A DNA stretch of 63,229 bases, filler included, from Bonamia ostreae (GCA_040357525.1; 57 parts of 57 records of this genome joined end to end with filler, not necessarily neighbours in it); one strand, 5' to 3'; positions 39,951 to 52,548 are shown, counted from the whole stretch's first letter. Made by a program: numbers and translations. Notes: a model not told the origin generated them from the letters alone.

Positions 39951-40106
39951 CACGAAGATCAGGCAGAACTATGTTTAGTTATTTTTCATGATGAAAAGGT
40001 GAAGATNNNNNNNNNNNNNNNNNNNNNNNNNNNNNNNNNNNNNNNNNNNNTTAATTAATTAANNNNNNNNNNNNNNNNNNNNNNNNNNNNNNNNNNNNNN
40101 NNNNNN

Positions 40107-40935
40107 AATTTTGTGATAGAAGCTCTCAAATCGCCCCATTTTTCGTTGTAAAACTTGAAATTAAATTTTTCTCCCCAATGACAAAAATCCGAAGAAATCA
40201 CAAAAAGACTATTTTCATTAACAAAGTATTTATTCAATGTTCTTGCTGCGTTTCTTGCTCTTTTCTCATCTAGTTCTCCGACCATTATTGGAACTAGCTT
40301 AAATCTTTGTCTAAAATTAGATTTTTTTTATATTTTTAACGCCCTTTTTAATATTTTTCAATCAATTTTTGCAATTTGCGTAAAAAAAAACTCCGCCATT
40401 CTGTATTTTAACATGGGACAACAAAGGTCAATGCTATGCTCTTTTTCGTCGTCATAAGGCTCATGTTTCGAAAAACCTGGTTGTTGCAAAAGATCTTTAA
40501 CGACTAAATTTCAATTTTTTAATTTGGAATAAATTTGCAAAAACTATTTTTGTCTATCTCGATGTCCCCAAACGGCGTATAAAATCGATCAAAAGTAGTC
40601 AAAAGGCATTTGTTTGTGTAAATTTGGTGCGAAGGCCCTAAAACGAACACAGTTTTTCTATTTTTGCAAAAAATGAGATTTTGGTTTTAAACATTTTTTG
40701 GGGATTTATTGCTTGATAAGCACACGCCGCAATTTCTCCGCTATAATCATATCCAGCGTGTCTAAATTTGGTTTGCGGTTATAATAAATTACGGAGAAAT
40801 GATCGCTTTTACATTTCCGCAAAATTTGCTTTGTTCGGCTTCGGCTCTGTCAAAATGTTTCTTTAGTAACCGGGACAATTTCGTTTTGTCGTTTTCATAC
40901 CAAGATCCCGCAAATAATGATTTTCTTAATTGCAT
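40107..40935 (-). CDS. MEMO1: MEMO1 family protein, protist, 5 exons, 3' truncated
   Basis: MQLRKSLFAGSWY..KAIISP/HAGYDYSG..VFVLGPSH..TPFGDIEID..DEKEHSID..LVPIMVG..LFVISSDFCHWG; introns 40762-40792, 40658-40692, 40504-40544, 40311-40391. Confidence 0.95.
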
Positions 40936-41263
40936 TCAATTTTTATGACAATACAACGTCTAAAATTTAGAATAATTTAACGTTGTTATTATATTTAAAT
41001 TTGTTAGTGCTTTTAAGCTTTAATTGTCTGTTTAATTAAACAACAGAGCCGTCTTTGTCTGTTTTTGATGTTAAATTTCAAATAAGATTTAATTGTTTAT
41101 TTGTGGTACAACAACNNNNNNNNNNNNNNNNNNNNNNNNNNNNNNNNNNNNNNNNNNNNTTAATTAATTAANNNNNNNNNNNNNNNNNNNNNNNNNNNNN
41201 NNNNNNNNNNNNNNNTGACAAAATTAATGAAAAAATAGTGAAAAAAATAAAAAAGGGATAAAC

Positions 41264-42223
41264 GATCCGTTTCGCATCGTCTGCTCCAAGATTCAGAACT
41301 CGTTTGTAAAAAGCGGCTTGTTCGTTCAGATCGATGCTTCTTTCAAAATTTTCCGCCGCCGATAAAGCTGCTTCACACAATTGTTTTCCCTCTCCAGTCG
41401 GCTCCGCCACATAACATTTCACAGCTGCGCTTAATAGCTGATCTCTCACCTTCAATAAATCAATCAACATTTTCCAATTTTCCAATTTACAAAATTTCAC
41501 AATTTACAAAATTTCACACAAAAACTCCATCTTCGCTCTCTTGAAATCCCTCAAAATAATATTTCAGTGCCTCCAAAACGTCGATTTTAAGCTTCCCATG
41601 TAAAGCACCCAGAAGCCAAATAAAAGCTTCAGTCGAATCGGATCGGTCGATCAACTCCGGGTTCTCAGCCAATTCTTCGACGACATTAAGTCGCCGGTAA
41701 TCCGGAAACGCGTCGAAGATCTGCTTCAAAACGACCGAAATTTCATTTGCGATGTGATTTCTCTTTAATGTCAGAAGCGACCGCAGAACGTTGATGCACT
41801 GGTTGAGCTTTGATGGAAGTCTCAACGCGACTTTTCCGATAGCTCGGATTCCCAAACGAGCGAGATCGACATCAACTTCGCGTGAATAATCGTTGAATTC
41901 AAGTAAAATCTTTAATTTGAATTTTTGGCTAATTTTTGTTTTTTAGATTATTTTTGCTAAATTTTGATTTTCCAATTTCCATTTTCAAATTTTTTTGGAA
42001 AAATTAAGTTGATTATTTTCAAATTTAACTTGTTCGGCATTAGAAGAATCAGCGATGAGAACTAAAAGATCGATTTTTTCTGATTTGATGTAAGGCGGAT
42101 CGTTGTATTTGCAAAATAGAACTCTCGTCTAAATTTTAATTTAGAAACATAGTCTTTCAAGAAATTTGGATGCGCTTTCAAAAGTATTTTTAAGTTTTTC
42201 AGAACGATATATTGTAGTTCTTT
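41264..42223 (-). CDS. AP complex beta-adaptin, internal exons, protist
   Basis: LFCKYNDPPYIKSEKIDLL..EQ/ILLEFNDYSREVDVDLARLGIRAIGKVA..FIWLLG; introns 42129-42148, 41910-42029, 41450-41525. Confidence 0.92.
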
Positions 42224-44654
42224 NNNNNNNNNNNNNNNNNNNNNNNNNNNNNNNNNNNNNNNNNNNNTTAATTAATTAANNNNNNNNNNNNNNNNNNNNN
42301 NNNNNNNNNNNNNNNNNNNNNNNCAATGATCGTTGATAACAGCATCAGAATTAATTTGTATCTTTCCCAAGCACGATTCGTATAAGTACTTGTTTCCACG
42401 TCTGGTTTCACAAAATATCAGCATACAATCCTCATCATTCACCTGTGTTGAGTCGTAATATACTAATTCTAATATACATGTACTCATTCTAAATGCCTAT
42501 GCGCAAAGTCACAATGTAATATCAAAATGATTGTGACGCATACTATATACATAAAGATAGAAATTTTTATGATATCAAAGGAAAAAAAAAAACCGTTTGA
42601 CAAGCAGATTCATACATATACAATCTGAACACTTCATAACGGCAATAAATAATGGAAAAACATGACGTTTTCTCCGCAACACAACTATACGTCGTGACGT
42701 ACTACTATATTGTGTCGTCGTATAGTGCGAGCTGCATTGGTGTACAATACTCATTTAACCTTAATTACGCTCCCCAGGGGAAATATTTATTTCATAATGA
42801 ATAGTGCACAATTTACAAATGCTTCATATATTATTAATCCGAGTGCAGATGTTGAGGTAATGAACAGCGATCTATCTCACTAATTTCCAAAATGATACAA
42901 AATTAAGAAATTAAGAGAAAATCAAGCATGGCTATATGTTAGGCTATAAACTAAAATATGCATTATTAAATTTAGAATCTGCATTACGTGAAAATAACAA
43001 ACAGTAATAATGAAAATGCACACTCTTTTCTTAAATAAGCAATGTCCCGAATAGGTTGTAAAACAAGTATATGCATTGTTTTTCATGAAAGTAATTGTAG
43101 ACGATAATTGAAATAAAAAAATTACATTTCTCAAATTGTAGATCGCATGCCGAGTAAGACTGTATCTAGATCCCGATGGTTCCCCAGGTCCGTTTTCTGA
43201 GAGAAGCAACTATTTCTATGCCGGATTGCAGGTACGTATCACTTACGATTTTTAGGCTTCAATCCATTTCTCAAATATCTTTGGTCATATCGGATGTATG
43301 ACTGATCTTTATTCATTGCTCCTACAATCTANNNNNNNNNNNNNNNNNNNNNNNNNNNNNNNNNNNNNNNNNNNNTTAATTAATTAANNNNNNNNNNNNN
43401 NNNNNNNNNNNNNNNNNNNNNNNNNNNNNNNTCGGGGTACTCAAACTAAACATAAGAACAGATAAAATGTCTCAAATATTTAAAGATATTGTAATATATT
43501 CACATGAGAAACCACTGCATTTATTACAAATGATATATCATATATTTGTGTGTCAGATACCTGGAGGGATTATTGTTTGATGCAAAGTGCTCTATTGTCG
43601 CAGCTATGAACTACGAGCAATGGAAATGCGAAGCCAAGTCATTATTAGATGAAGTAAACACTGAACTGGAACTCGGAAATCAGGTAATACAAACCGTTCA
43701 TATCTAGATAGTTCAGATGTGTTGATTATTCATTTAAACAAAATTATTATGTTTAGATTATATTTGTCTCTTTTGAAGAAATAGTAAGGATATTGAGGTT
43801 CTTTAGACAAAGTAAATTAGTTTTATGCCACATATAAACTTCTCAAAATACAACAAATCAACCTATTGCAACTAACTAAATTGCCAAATATTATCCTAGG
43901 TGAATGGTGAAGTAAGTTTCCACAGAGAAGATAATCAATTATTAAAAATCCTTCTCAAGAACGCCTTCCCTAGGGAAGCCAAACATTACACATTTAATGT
44001 TATTTGATTTTGTACCAAAATCCTCTGACGACAGAACAGTTTAATTTCTACATAGGAATATTCTTTAAGAATCTTCTCAAACATCACAAGGATGCAAGTT
44101 GGGACATGTGCATACTAATGTGCAATTTCCCGCATGAAAACAAGTGAACAGTGATAGGTCTCATAAATCCTGTAAAATATACAAAATCGAGAACATGTTA
44201 CAACGAATTTAAATCCTCTCAAATAACAATGCCTGTACAAGACCTGCCTCTTGTTTTGATGTTCCCTCGGTGTGGGTCTCTCGTAAATGAAAATTGTCAC
44301 AACCTAAAAGATATTTCAACAATATAGTGAGGTTAGGCAAAAATTTGTTCTGTTTTCCGGTTTGATGCACGGCGTACTTTCTATTGTCAATAAATATGTA
44401 GATTAATTTCATACATCTTGATTACTTTCGTTTGAAAATNNNNNNNNNNNNNNNNNNNNNNNNNNNNNNNNNNNNNNNNNNNNTTAATTAATTAANNNNN
44501 NNNNNNNNNNNNNNNNNNNNNNNNNNNNNNNNNNNNNNNAAATTTCGTAAAAAAATAAGTCGAAAAAATTTTGTCAAAAAAATAAGTCGAAAAATTTTTG
44601 TCAAAAAAATTAGTTGAAAAATTTCGTAAAAAATAAAGTCGAAAAAATAAAAAC

Positions 44655-45090
44655 TGATCTCTTCAACATTGAGCATAATCTCGTTCGTATCGTCGATCAC
44701 CTCCGCAAACTCATCCACATCCGTCTTCTTCATCATTCCCTCCAACACATTCTTGCTCTGCTTCATCGCCGCCATCACTTGTTGGTTCCCAGACGCCGAT
44801 TCCAGCGCCAAAATCTGCGACTCGATGTTGAACCGCTTTCCGAACATCGAATTGATCTCGTTTTCAAGCAATTTTTTTCGCCGCAATTCGAAAAGAGCGC
44901 CTTGTCGGTCTCCGCGGCGAGACTTCTCGCGCGCGCGGTTTTGGCCGTCGTTGACTTGTTCGGAGAGATGTGCTTCGCGCTTCGAGATTTGGTCGAGAGC
45001 GCTTTTGAGCGTTTGGATCGTGTTGACGATCTTGTCGGAATCTTTGTTTTTGCCGTTATTCTTCTTTTTCTTCTTTCCAAACAGATTCAT
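44655..45090 (-). CDS. SNF7: ESCRT-III Snf7/CHMP4, first exon, protist
   Basis: MNLFGKKKK..TIQTLKSALDQISKREAHL..GALFELRRKKLLE..NIESQILALESA..AMKQ..DVDE..VIDD. Confidence 0.9.
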
Positions 45091-45646
45091 TTTGGCTATT
45101 TCGTGGTTATTATAAGCTTTTACAATATATTTTTGTGCTTTCGGATTTTATTTTTATGGCTTTTTAGTTTGAAATATTTTTTTGTTCGATTTTTGTGTTT
45201 TTGTGATAAAATATTTTTGAGAATAAATTTTGAAATTTTTGGCAAATTTTCGTCAATTTGGAAATGGAGATCATTTTTGAGAGAAGACAATTCTACAAAA
45301 ATAATTAGGACAAAGAATTTATAATTTTTATTCAATTGATCGTCACTTTAAAGATTTTTTATTTTAAACCGGAAAAATATTTGAAGAAAATGGAAAATTG
45401 GAAAAAAAATTGGAAAATTGTTGAAATTTAATCAGAAAATGGTGTATTCGATAATATATTCCGGGTACGCTTGACCGGCATCAAATATCGCGAAGACGGT
45501 CGGAAACTTTATATCGTCTACTGTGCTGTCATATAATCGACCGTCTNNNNNNNNNNNNNNNNNNNNNNNNNNNNNNNNNNNNNNNNNNNNTTAATTAATT
45601 AANNNNNNNNNNNNNNNNNNNNNNNNNNNNNNNNNNNNNNNNNNNN

Positions 45647-46512
45647 CAAAACCAGTAGAGCAAAGCGAATGGAAATATGTTTTTACTGACAATTTGGCGT
45701 ACTTGTGCGATCCAAAAAATTATCCTTTATTACTTTCTTACGATTGTATACTCAAAACGGAGGGAGACACTTTTGTTACACCAAATTTTTCCAAATGGTC
45801 GCCTCGACTTTTTACTTTTGGTCTTTAATTTTTTGTTACTAGTCTATTTAAAGTATATTATTATAAATTTATTTACCGAAGGAGGTGGACAATATGCTAC
45901 AGATGACAAAGTTAGGGAAAAAATAATCGAAATCGCCTTTAAAAGCAACAATATTTTGTATCAGAAAGCTAGGAGTAAATGGATAGAAAACGTTGGAGCT
46001 TCTTTGTTTTTAACTTAACTCTTGCACGATTTGTAACATCTCTTACTATGATTTTCCTAATTTTTAGATATGGCGATCCGGCATTGTTAATCAAATCACA
46101 TTGCATAGCAATGGAAATACTGAAATATATCTTAAAGGAATTTGATCTTCGATCTACAAAAGGTAAATGGCCTGGCTGGTACCGAGGAGTGAGTTCTATG
46201 TATGCGATAGAGATTGGAGTAAACTTTGCGCTCGCGGATGGCATATGTGAAAAGAATGGAAAGTTTTTGGACCATTCTTCAACGAATGGAAAGGTATCGG
46301 AAACGGCTCACATTCATTGTTGGCACACTTTTGACATGTTTTCAAAATTTGAGTTTTTGAATGGGAAATATGAGCAGCACAAAAGAGTGAAGATAAAAAA
46401 CTCGGAGAGAATTAATTTTTACTGTTTGAAGATAGCCTTAGGACAGTTTTCAAGGGGTGGAGAAATAGTTGATTCAAAAGAATATGCGCAGATGTTGTTT
46501 GAAGATTTTTAA
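45647..46512 (+). CDS. Uncharacterised protein (DUF7164-like, possible GT-A glycosyltransferase fold), protist
   Basis: Spliced with introns 45821-45881 and 46006-46067 it reads YDCILKTEGDTFVTPNF..GGGQYAT..NVGASLYG..WPGWYRGVSSMYA..HIHCWH..FSKF. Confidence 0.55.
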
Positions 46513-47860
46513 ATAATTTCTAATTTATTTAAAATTCAATAGAGATAGCTACTTTAAACATTGTCTTTTTAAACTGAGCCATTTAAACACAAAATTACAA
46601 AAATATCGTTTTAGAAAACTGAGCCATTTGAACACAAAATTACAAAAATATCGNNNNNNNNNNNNNNNNNNNNNNNNNNNNNNNNNNNNNNNNNNNNTTA
46701 ATTAATTAANNNNNNNNNNNNNNNNNNNNNNNNNNNNNNNNNNNNNNNNNNNNGAGTTGTGATGGGATTGATTATACCGTGCAAATTATATGAAAGATAA
46801 ATGGTCTCAAGGAAGTTTGGTTGCGAACAAGGATACAAAAGTCATGCGCTTCCCCGAGAATTAAAACATTCATCAGAATATGGTGCTAAATGCCATTGAA
46901 AAAGAAATTAACATTGCTTGCTTTAAAATAAAGTATTTAAACCAACAGGAATATATCATCACAACAGCTTCAAAGAAAAGTTCACAATGAACCCTCCTAA
47001 ATGGTTTGCTCATTTTGCGATTTTCAGTTTGTTATGCACTAATTGTAAATTGATTTGAAATGATTATGATAAAAAGACATGTTTAAAATTATGCAATTTG
47101 GTACATTCATTAGTACGATTAGCACGCCACTCGCCGTTGCTTCCATGTACAGTTTCTTTATACAGAAACATAATATATCAAATACACACGTTTTACAAAA
47201 AATAGGCATACATCTATTCTAACATGTATGCTGACAGACAGATTGAAGTTTACTGTCCATAATTCGTTGTATGTCGCCTATACTACGTACGACGATTTTA
47301 ACGGTATAATATGTGTAAACATCATATAATAAAAGTGAGCTCGAGTATCTCAAAAAGTGGAAAAAAATGTACAGCTGGGGTATCGTTGGTTGAGATACGT
47401 TCTTGAACAATAGTTCCTAAGGCAACGGACCAATTAGGATATAATTTTAGGAACTATTTCCAAGAGAGACACATACTCAATTTCATTGCTATTAACATTT
47501 GTATAATTTGCATTTAATTCGGGTGAGAATTCACCAGGTAATGAATGGGGTGACTAATCAGTCTGTTCTAGCACATTTGGACACACACTATTTCGTACAC
47601 CCTTTCGTTCAATTCATTTCATTTAACATTAAGATTTCTTTGTGATCTCGCTATCTTCGACACTTTAAGCTTATTTGGATGCAGCTGTTTTGGCTAAGAT
47701 GTTTGGTATAATGTTAATTTCAGATAAGATTACTTTAATCAAATAGAAGCAGTTTAATTCNNNNNNNNNNNNNNNNNNNNNNNNNNNNNNNNNNNNNNNN
47801 NNNNTTAATTAATTAANNNNNNNNNNNNNNNNNNNNNNNNNNNNNNNNNNNNNNNNNNNN

Positions 47861-48706
47861 TTAGGAAAGACGTTTAAGGAAAGCGCTAAAGAGGTTTCCA
47901 TGATGCCTACAAAGGCAGGAGACGTTGGAGCTATACTATTAGGGGGATTACCAATGTTTAAGGTTAAGCTTAGAGAATATAGCAAGACAATGACAGAGGA
48001 AGAAGCTAGAGAGAAAGCTCTTAATGATTTTATTGAAGCTACTGAGACAGCTCAACAATCATCTTATGTAGAAAATTTATCTGCTATACAGAGAGAAAGA
48101 GGTGCAATGAGAATGTTTACATCTTATATGTCCTCTCCTATTATGTATCAACAAAAGCTTATGTCTGCCTCAAGAAATATTGCTAATGGTAGAGGAAGTG
48201 CTTATGATGTTAAGAGATTTTTGATGTTTGCAATCACTCAACCTCTTATGTATCAATTGGCACAAACAGGATTCTCAGTATTCGGTGATGATGATGAGGA
48301 TAGATTATTAAAGACATTAGGTAAAGGGGCATTATTAGGGACACTACAAGGTCTTCCTATTGCTTCTAAAGGATTGGAATATATCTATACTAGTGTGGTA
48401 GATAAAGAGAACTGGAATCCTTATACAAAAAGATTTGAACCTATCCCTAATCTAAGAATAATACCAGAACCTCTTATGCTTGCTGGAAAAGCTAGTAATG
48501 AATTTGCTAAGAATGGATTGTCTACCAAATTTTATGACCACATGTTTACTTTAGCCACTACAGCTACAGCATCATTTGGTATTCCATTAAGAAACTTAAA
48601 AAAAATAACCTATGATAATTTTATGAGAGCTACAGGTAACTTGGAAGTAGAAGACTGGAGAGAAATATTAGGTTATACTAAAACTCAATTAGGATTAAAA
48701 GGATAG
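47861..48706 (+). CDS. C-terminus of a large phage-like (virion/internal) protein
   Basis: Intronless and open from the contig edge; purine-rich AGA/GCT/ACT codon style unlike host or protist; ATETAQQS..LSAIQR..RMFTSYMSSP recalls C-termini of large phage proteins. Confidence 0.55.
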   Translation, partial: LGKTFKESAKEVSMMPTKAGDVGAILLGGLPMFKVKLREYSKTMTEEEAREKALNDFIEATETAQQSSYVENLSAIQRERGAMRMFTSYMSSPIMYQQKLMSASRNIANGRGSAYDVKRFLMFAITQPLMYQLAQTGFSVFGDDDEDRLLKTLGKGALLGTLQGLPIASKGLEYIYTSVVDKENWNPYTKRFEPIPNLRIIPEPLMLAGKASNEFAKNGLSTKFYDHMFTLATTATASFGIPLRNLKKITYDNFMRATGNLEVEDWREILGYTKTQLGLKG

Positions 48707-48748
48707 AAGAATACTGGAGTTTATAGAATGCCTATTAGTAGATAAGAC

Positions 48749-48784
48749 AAGAGGTAGGAATCTGGTTAGAAAAACCTACCTCTT
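48749..48784. terminator. Intergenic hairpin, possible terminator
   Basis: Perfect 10-bp inverted repeat AAGAGGTAGG/CCTACCTCTT with a 16-nt loop, 42 bp after the stop; no strong U-tract. Confidence 0.45.
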
Positions 48785-49096
48785 AAAATAACAATTAACA
48801 TAAACACTATGAAAAGTTTATGTCTGGTACTATTAATCGGACTAATGATTAATTAAAACATCACAAANNNNNNNNNNNNNNNNNNNNNNNNNNNNNNNNN
48901 NNNNNNNNNNNTTAATTAATTAANNNNNNNNNNNNNNNNNNNNNNNNNNNNNNNNNNNNNNNNNNNNAAAGATAAAAAAAAATTGCCATAAAAAAGATTA
49001 AAAAAATGTAAAAAAATCAAAAATTGAAAAAAACAGTAAAAATTGCCAAAAAAATCAAAAATTGGTAAAAAAGACTAAAATTGTCAAAAAATTTAG

Positions 49097-49660
49097 CAAC
49101 AAACGATCCGCAAACTGGCGACGACATTCAAACTGCGCGCCACCTCCGGAATCAAAAACTGCCACGTCCTCAAAACGCGGTTCAAGAAGGACCAGTTCGA
49201 GACGCGCATTCAGACCGAAGGCGTCAACTTCATCGCTCTCTATAAAGCGCAGAACTTCGTCGACGTCGACTCCATCCGCTGCAACGACATCGTCGCAGTG
49301 CTGCGCTCCTACGGCATCGAAGCATGCCGCTTCGCCGTCATCGAGCAGATCCGCGCCGTCTTCGACGTCTACGGCATCTCCATCGACCCGCGCCATCTGG
49401 CGTTGGTGGCGGAGGCGCTGACATGGGACGGAGACTTGCGCGCGTTCAACAGAGGCGACCTGTCGCAGAGCGAAAGCACTCTGTTGAAGATGAGCTTCGA
49501 GTCGGGGATTAGTTTTCTGCAGGAGGCGATATTGTCCGGGGAGAGGGAGGAGGTCTGCTCCCATTCGGCGCGGCTGGTGTTAGGGCAGACGCCGTTAGTC
49601 GGGACGGGGTCTTTTGAGTTGTTGCAGAAGTTGGATCTTCGAGATGGCAGTCGACATTAA
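49097..49660 (+). CDS. RPA1: RNA polymerase I largest subunit, last exon, protist
   Basis: TEGVNF..NDIVAVLRSYGIEACR..VFDVYGISIDPRHLALVA..FNR..LLKMSFES..SARLVLG..GTGSFEL. Confidence 0.92.
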   Translation, partial: QQTIRKLATTFKLRATSGIKNCHVLKTRFKKDQFETRIQTEGVNFIALYKAQNFVDVDSIRCNDIVAVLRSYGIEACRFAVIEQIRAVFDVYGISIDPRHLALVAEALTWDGDLRAFNRGDLSQSESTLLKMSFESGISFLQEAILSGEREEVCSHSARLVLGQTPLVGTGSFELLQKLDLRDGSRH

Positions 49661-49707
49661 ATTTTGAAAAATTTGTAAAATTGTGTCAAAAAAATTGAAC
49701 ATTAAAT

Positions 49708-49973
49708 TTACTTTGAAGAATTGTCGCTTTTGAAGCAACCAGGACAAAATTGGTTGGTCAGAAAATCGGCACAAACTTTGCAAAAAAATTGATTGCAGTT
49801 GCTGCAAACTTTTGTTAACATTTTTATTTCATCGTTACATCCACAGCACTTGTTAAAATTTTTGTCCAAATTTTCAAAAGTTGGGCGAGGCACAATCCTT
49901 TTGTATATTGAATATATCGATGTCTCTGAAGTCTTCATATTTGGCCAAATTATAAAAAATTTGAGCGACATTA
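49708..49973 (-). CDS. C-terminal Cys-rich zinc finger, probably TFIIH p44/Ssl1
   Basis: P..TFE..CCGC..CSNCNQFFCKVC..F...CPGC matches the Ssl1 C-terminal pattern; convergent with RPA1. Confidence 0.55.
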
Positions 49974-50073
49974 NNNNNNNNNNNNNNNNNNNNNNNNNNN
50001 NNNNNNNNNNNNNNNNNTTAATTAATTAANNNNNNNNNNNNNNNNNNNNNNNNNNNNNNNNNNNNNNNNNNNN

Positions 50074-50250
50074 ATTTCAAATTTCTAAATTTCCATTTTG
50101 CCATTTTAAAGCAATTTCAAATTTCTAAATTTACATTTTGCCATTTTAAGCAATTTCAAATTTCTAAATTTACATTTTGCCATTTTAAAGCAATTTCAAA
50201 TTTCTAAATTTCCATTTTGCCATTTTAAAGCAATTTCAAATTTCTAATTC
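50074..50250. repeat. ~39-bp intronic tandem repeat, about 4.5 copies
   Basis: ATTTCAAATTTCTAAATTT(C/A)CATTTTGCCATTTTAAAGCA repeated. Confidence 0.95.
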
Positions 50251-50264
50251 GCGATTTTAAAAAG

Positions 50265-51028
50265 TTTGTCCCACGGATATTTCCGAGGATCTAAAGCGGT
50301 TAACTGTTCTTCTAAATTTTTCTCGTCGTTACCTTATCAGATCGACCAAAAAACGGGAATGGTTGATTTTGAATACTTCGAAAAAAGCGCGAAGAGATTT
50401 CAGCCAAAACTGATTGTTACCGGCGGAAGCGCTTATCCTCGAGATTGGGACTATTCTCGTTTTGCAAAAGTTTTTTTTGCGGCATTTAAAAAGACGGCCA
50501 AAATTTTGAATTCCGTTTTAATGGCGGACATATCGCATTTTAGTGGATTGGTCGCCGCAAAAGTTTTTTATTTTTCAAAATTTGCCCTTTCTAAAATTTT
50601 CAGATATTAAATGATCCGTTTGAACATTGTGACATTGTGATGTCAACAACTCACAAAACTTTGGGAGGACCGAGAGGAGCACTTATTTTTTACAAAAACG
50701 AACTTAAATCAAAAATCAATTTTTCCGGTTTTCTAAAAACTAACTTTTGTTAAAAATGGCTTGCGAAAATTTTAAAAATTGCCGAATCGTTACTAAATTT
50801 GCTAAAAATCTAGTTTTTCCGCATTGTCAGGGCGGTCCTCACAATAACAACATTGCGGCAATAGCAGTTCGCCTTAAAGAAATATCTGAAAACAAAAAGA
50901 AATATGTCGAGGATTGCGAACAAATCGTTTCAAATGCCAAAGAATTGGCCAAATGTCTCTCAGACAACGGATTCCATATAATGGCTGGTGGCACAGATAC
51001 ACATCTGATTCTGTGGAATCTCAAAAAG
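50265..51028 (+). CDS. SHMT: Serine hydroxymethyltransferase, internal exons, protist
   Basis: [70 protein letters not shown]; introns 50470-50493, 50563-50603, 50728-50813. Confidence 0.96.
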
Positions 51029-52548
51029 GTTTCTAACAATTTTCTATAACGATTTTATTTTTGAAAATTTACAGAAAAANNNNNNNNNNNNNNNNNNNNN
51101 NNNNNNNNNNNNNNNNNNNNNNNTTAATTAATTAANNNNNNNNNNNNNNNNNNNNNNNNNNNNNNNNNNNNNNNNNNNNTTTGATGTCCAGGGTTAAACA
51201 TATTTTTAAAAAAAAACAAATAATACATTTTTCTATATAATCCATCGTAATACAGAACTCCTGATCATTACCCAGTGTTTATGACTTCATAAATTTGGTT
51301 GAGGCCCCATATCTTATCAGGAATAGATACACAGCTTGCCTGCTATATGTATTCGAGTAAAAAGAAAATATCTATAAATCGCATATTTCTTTTAAAGTTT
51401 AGTCATTTCCCTTAGCTCCTGATTGGGAAGAAGGAGGTCATGAATTTCACAGTCTTGTTACTCTGAGCCCAAATGCTTCCAAGTTGTGGTACAAATCGGT
51501 CCTAAATATTTGAGAATAAATTCCAAATGTTACCGCAAGACGTGCGTATACGATAGACAAGTCGCAGTAAAGAAACAGTGGAAAGGGAGGACGTTTATCA
51601 TAACGGTTGAACGAGAACGCTTTGAGTGTAAAACTCAGTTTTCGACCACTAATGAATAATGGATATAACATTCCCTCTTTGAAGACAAAAATTATGTGTT
51701 CAATTATTATAAATACTCTATGTTCACCTTCAGTAGAAGTGCACTATTCACCGCGGTGCATCGACAACCGGTATTCCGATTCACCTGAGGTGGTTCGATT
51801 CAATATAAAAGAATAAAATCTTTTATGGTATATATTCACTTCCTTTAACTTTTAAACGACGTCTCTGATTGGCTAGAAAACGTCCAATCAAGATGGAGCA
51901 AAAATCAAATAATCCATGGCTAAAATGGATTTCAAAAAATCGTGTGTGTTTCGTTATGGTTGTTCCCAATGATTTCTGTAATTTTTCATTGAGTGAACGA
52001 ACATTTTTTTAGTCAAATTGATATTAAAGATTGTTATGAAATTTACTGATCCTATGATACCATATACCTAATTTCTAAGAGTTACTCTAAATCTAAGTTA
52101 CTTAAATGAATATATACAATACGGCCAACGTGGATCCCGTATCAGACCACGCTACCTCACCCCCACCCCACCCCGCGGTATGTTANNNNNNNNNNNNNNN
52201 NNNNNNNNNNNNNNNNNNNNNNNNNNNNNTTAATTAATTAANNNNNNNNNNNNNNNNNNNNNNNNNNNNNNNNNNNNNNNNNNNNTCTTCACCTTTCATA
52301 CTACTAATTATGTCTGTTTCCTTCACCTTCTATCCAAGAGTTTTAAAGTTATTCAGTTACATTATAAACGAAATAACAATTATTGACACATTTTATGTTG
52401 TATAGACGTCTACATATCAAGATACTTCTGATATCCAATAGGCTAGTTGCTTTCATTTATGACATCGGGTATTCAGAGAAAAATACGTCGCTAACAAGGC
52501 CAATCGTCTAAATTAAAGTATATTGTATTGCTAGTTATTTTATTCAAG

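Noticed and set aside
35669-48867. Piwi and the phage-like gene as a linked defence system
   Set aside because: They are on unrelated contigs ordered only by length, and the Piwi is a spliced eukaryotic gene
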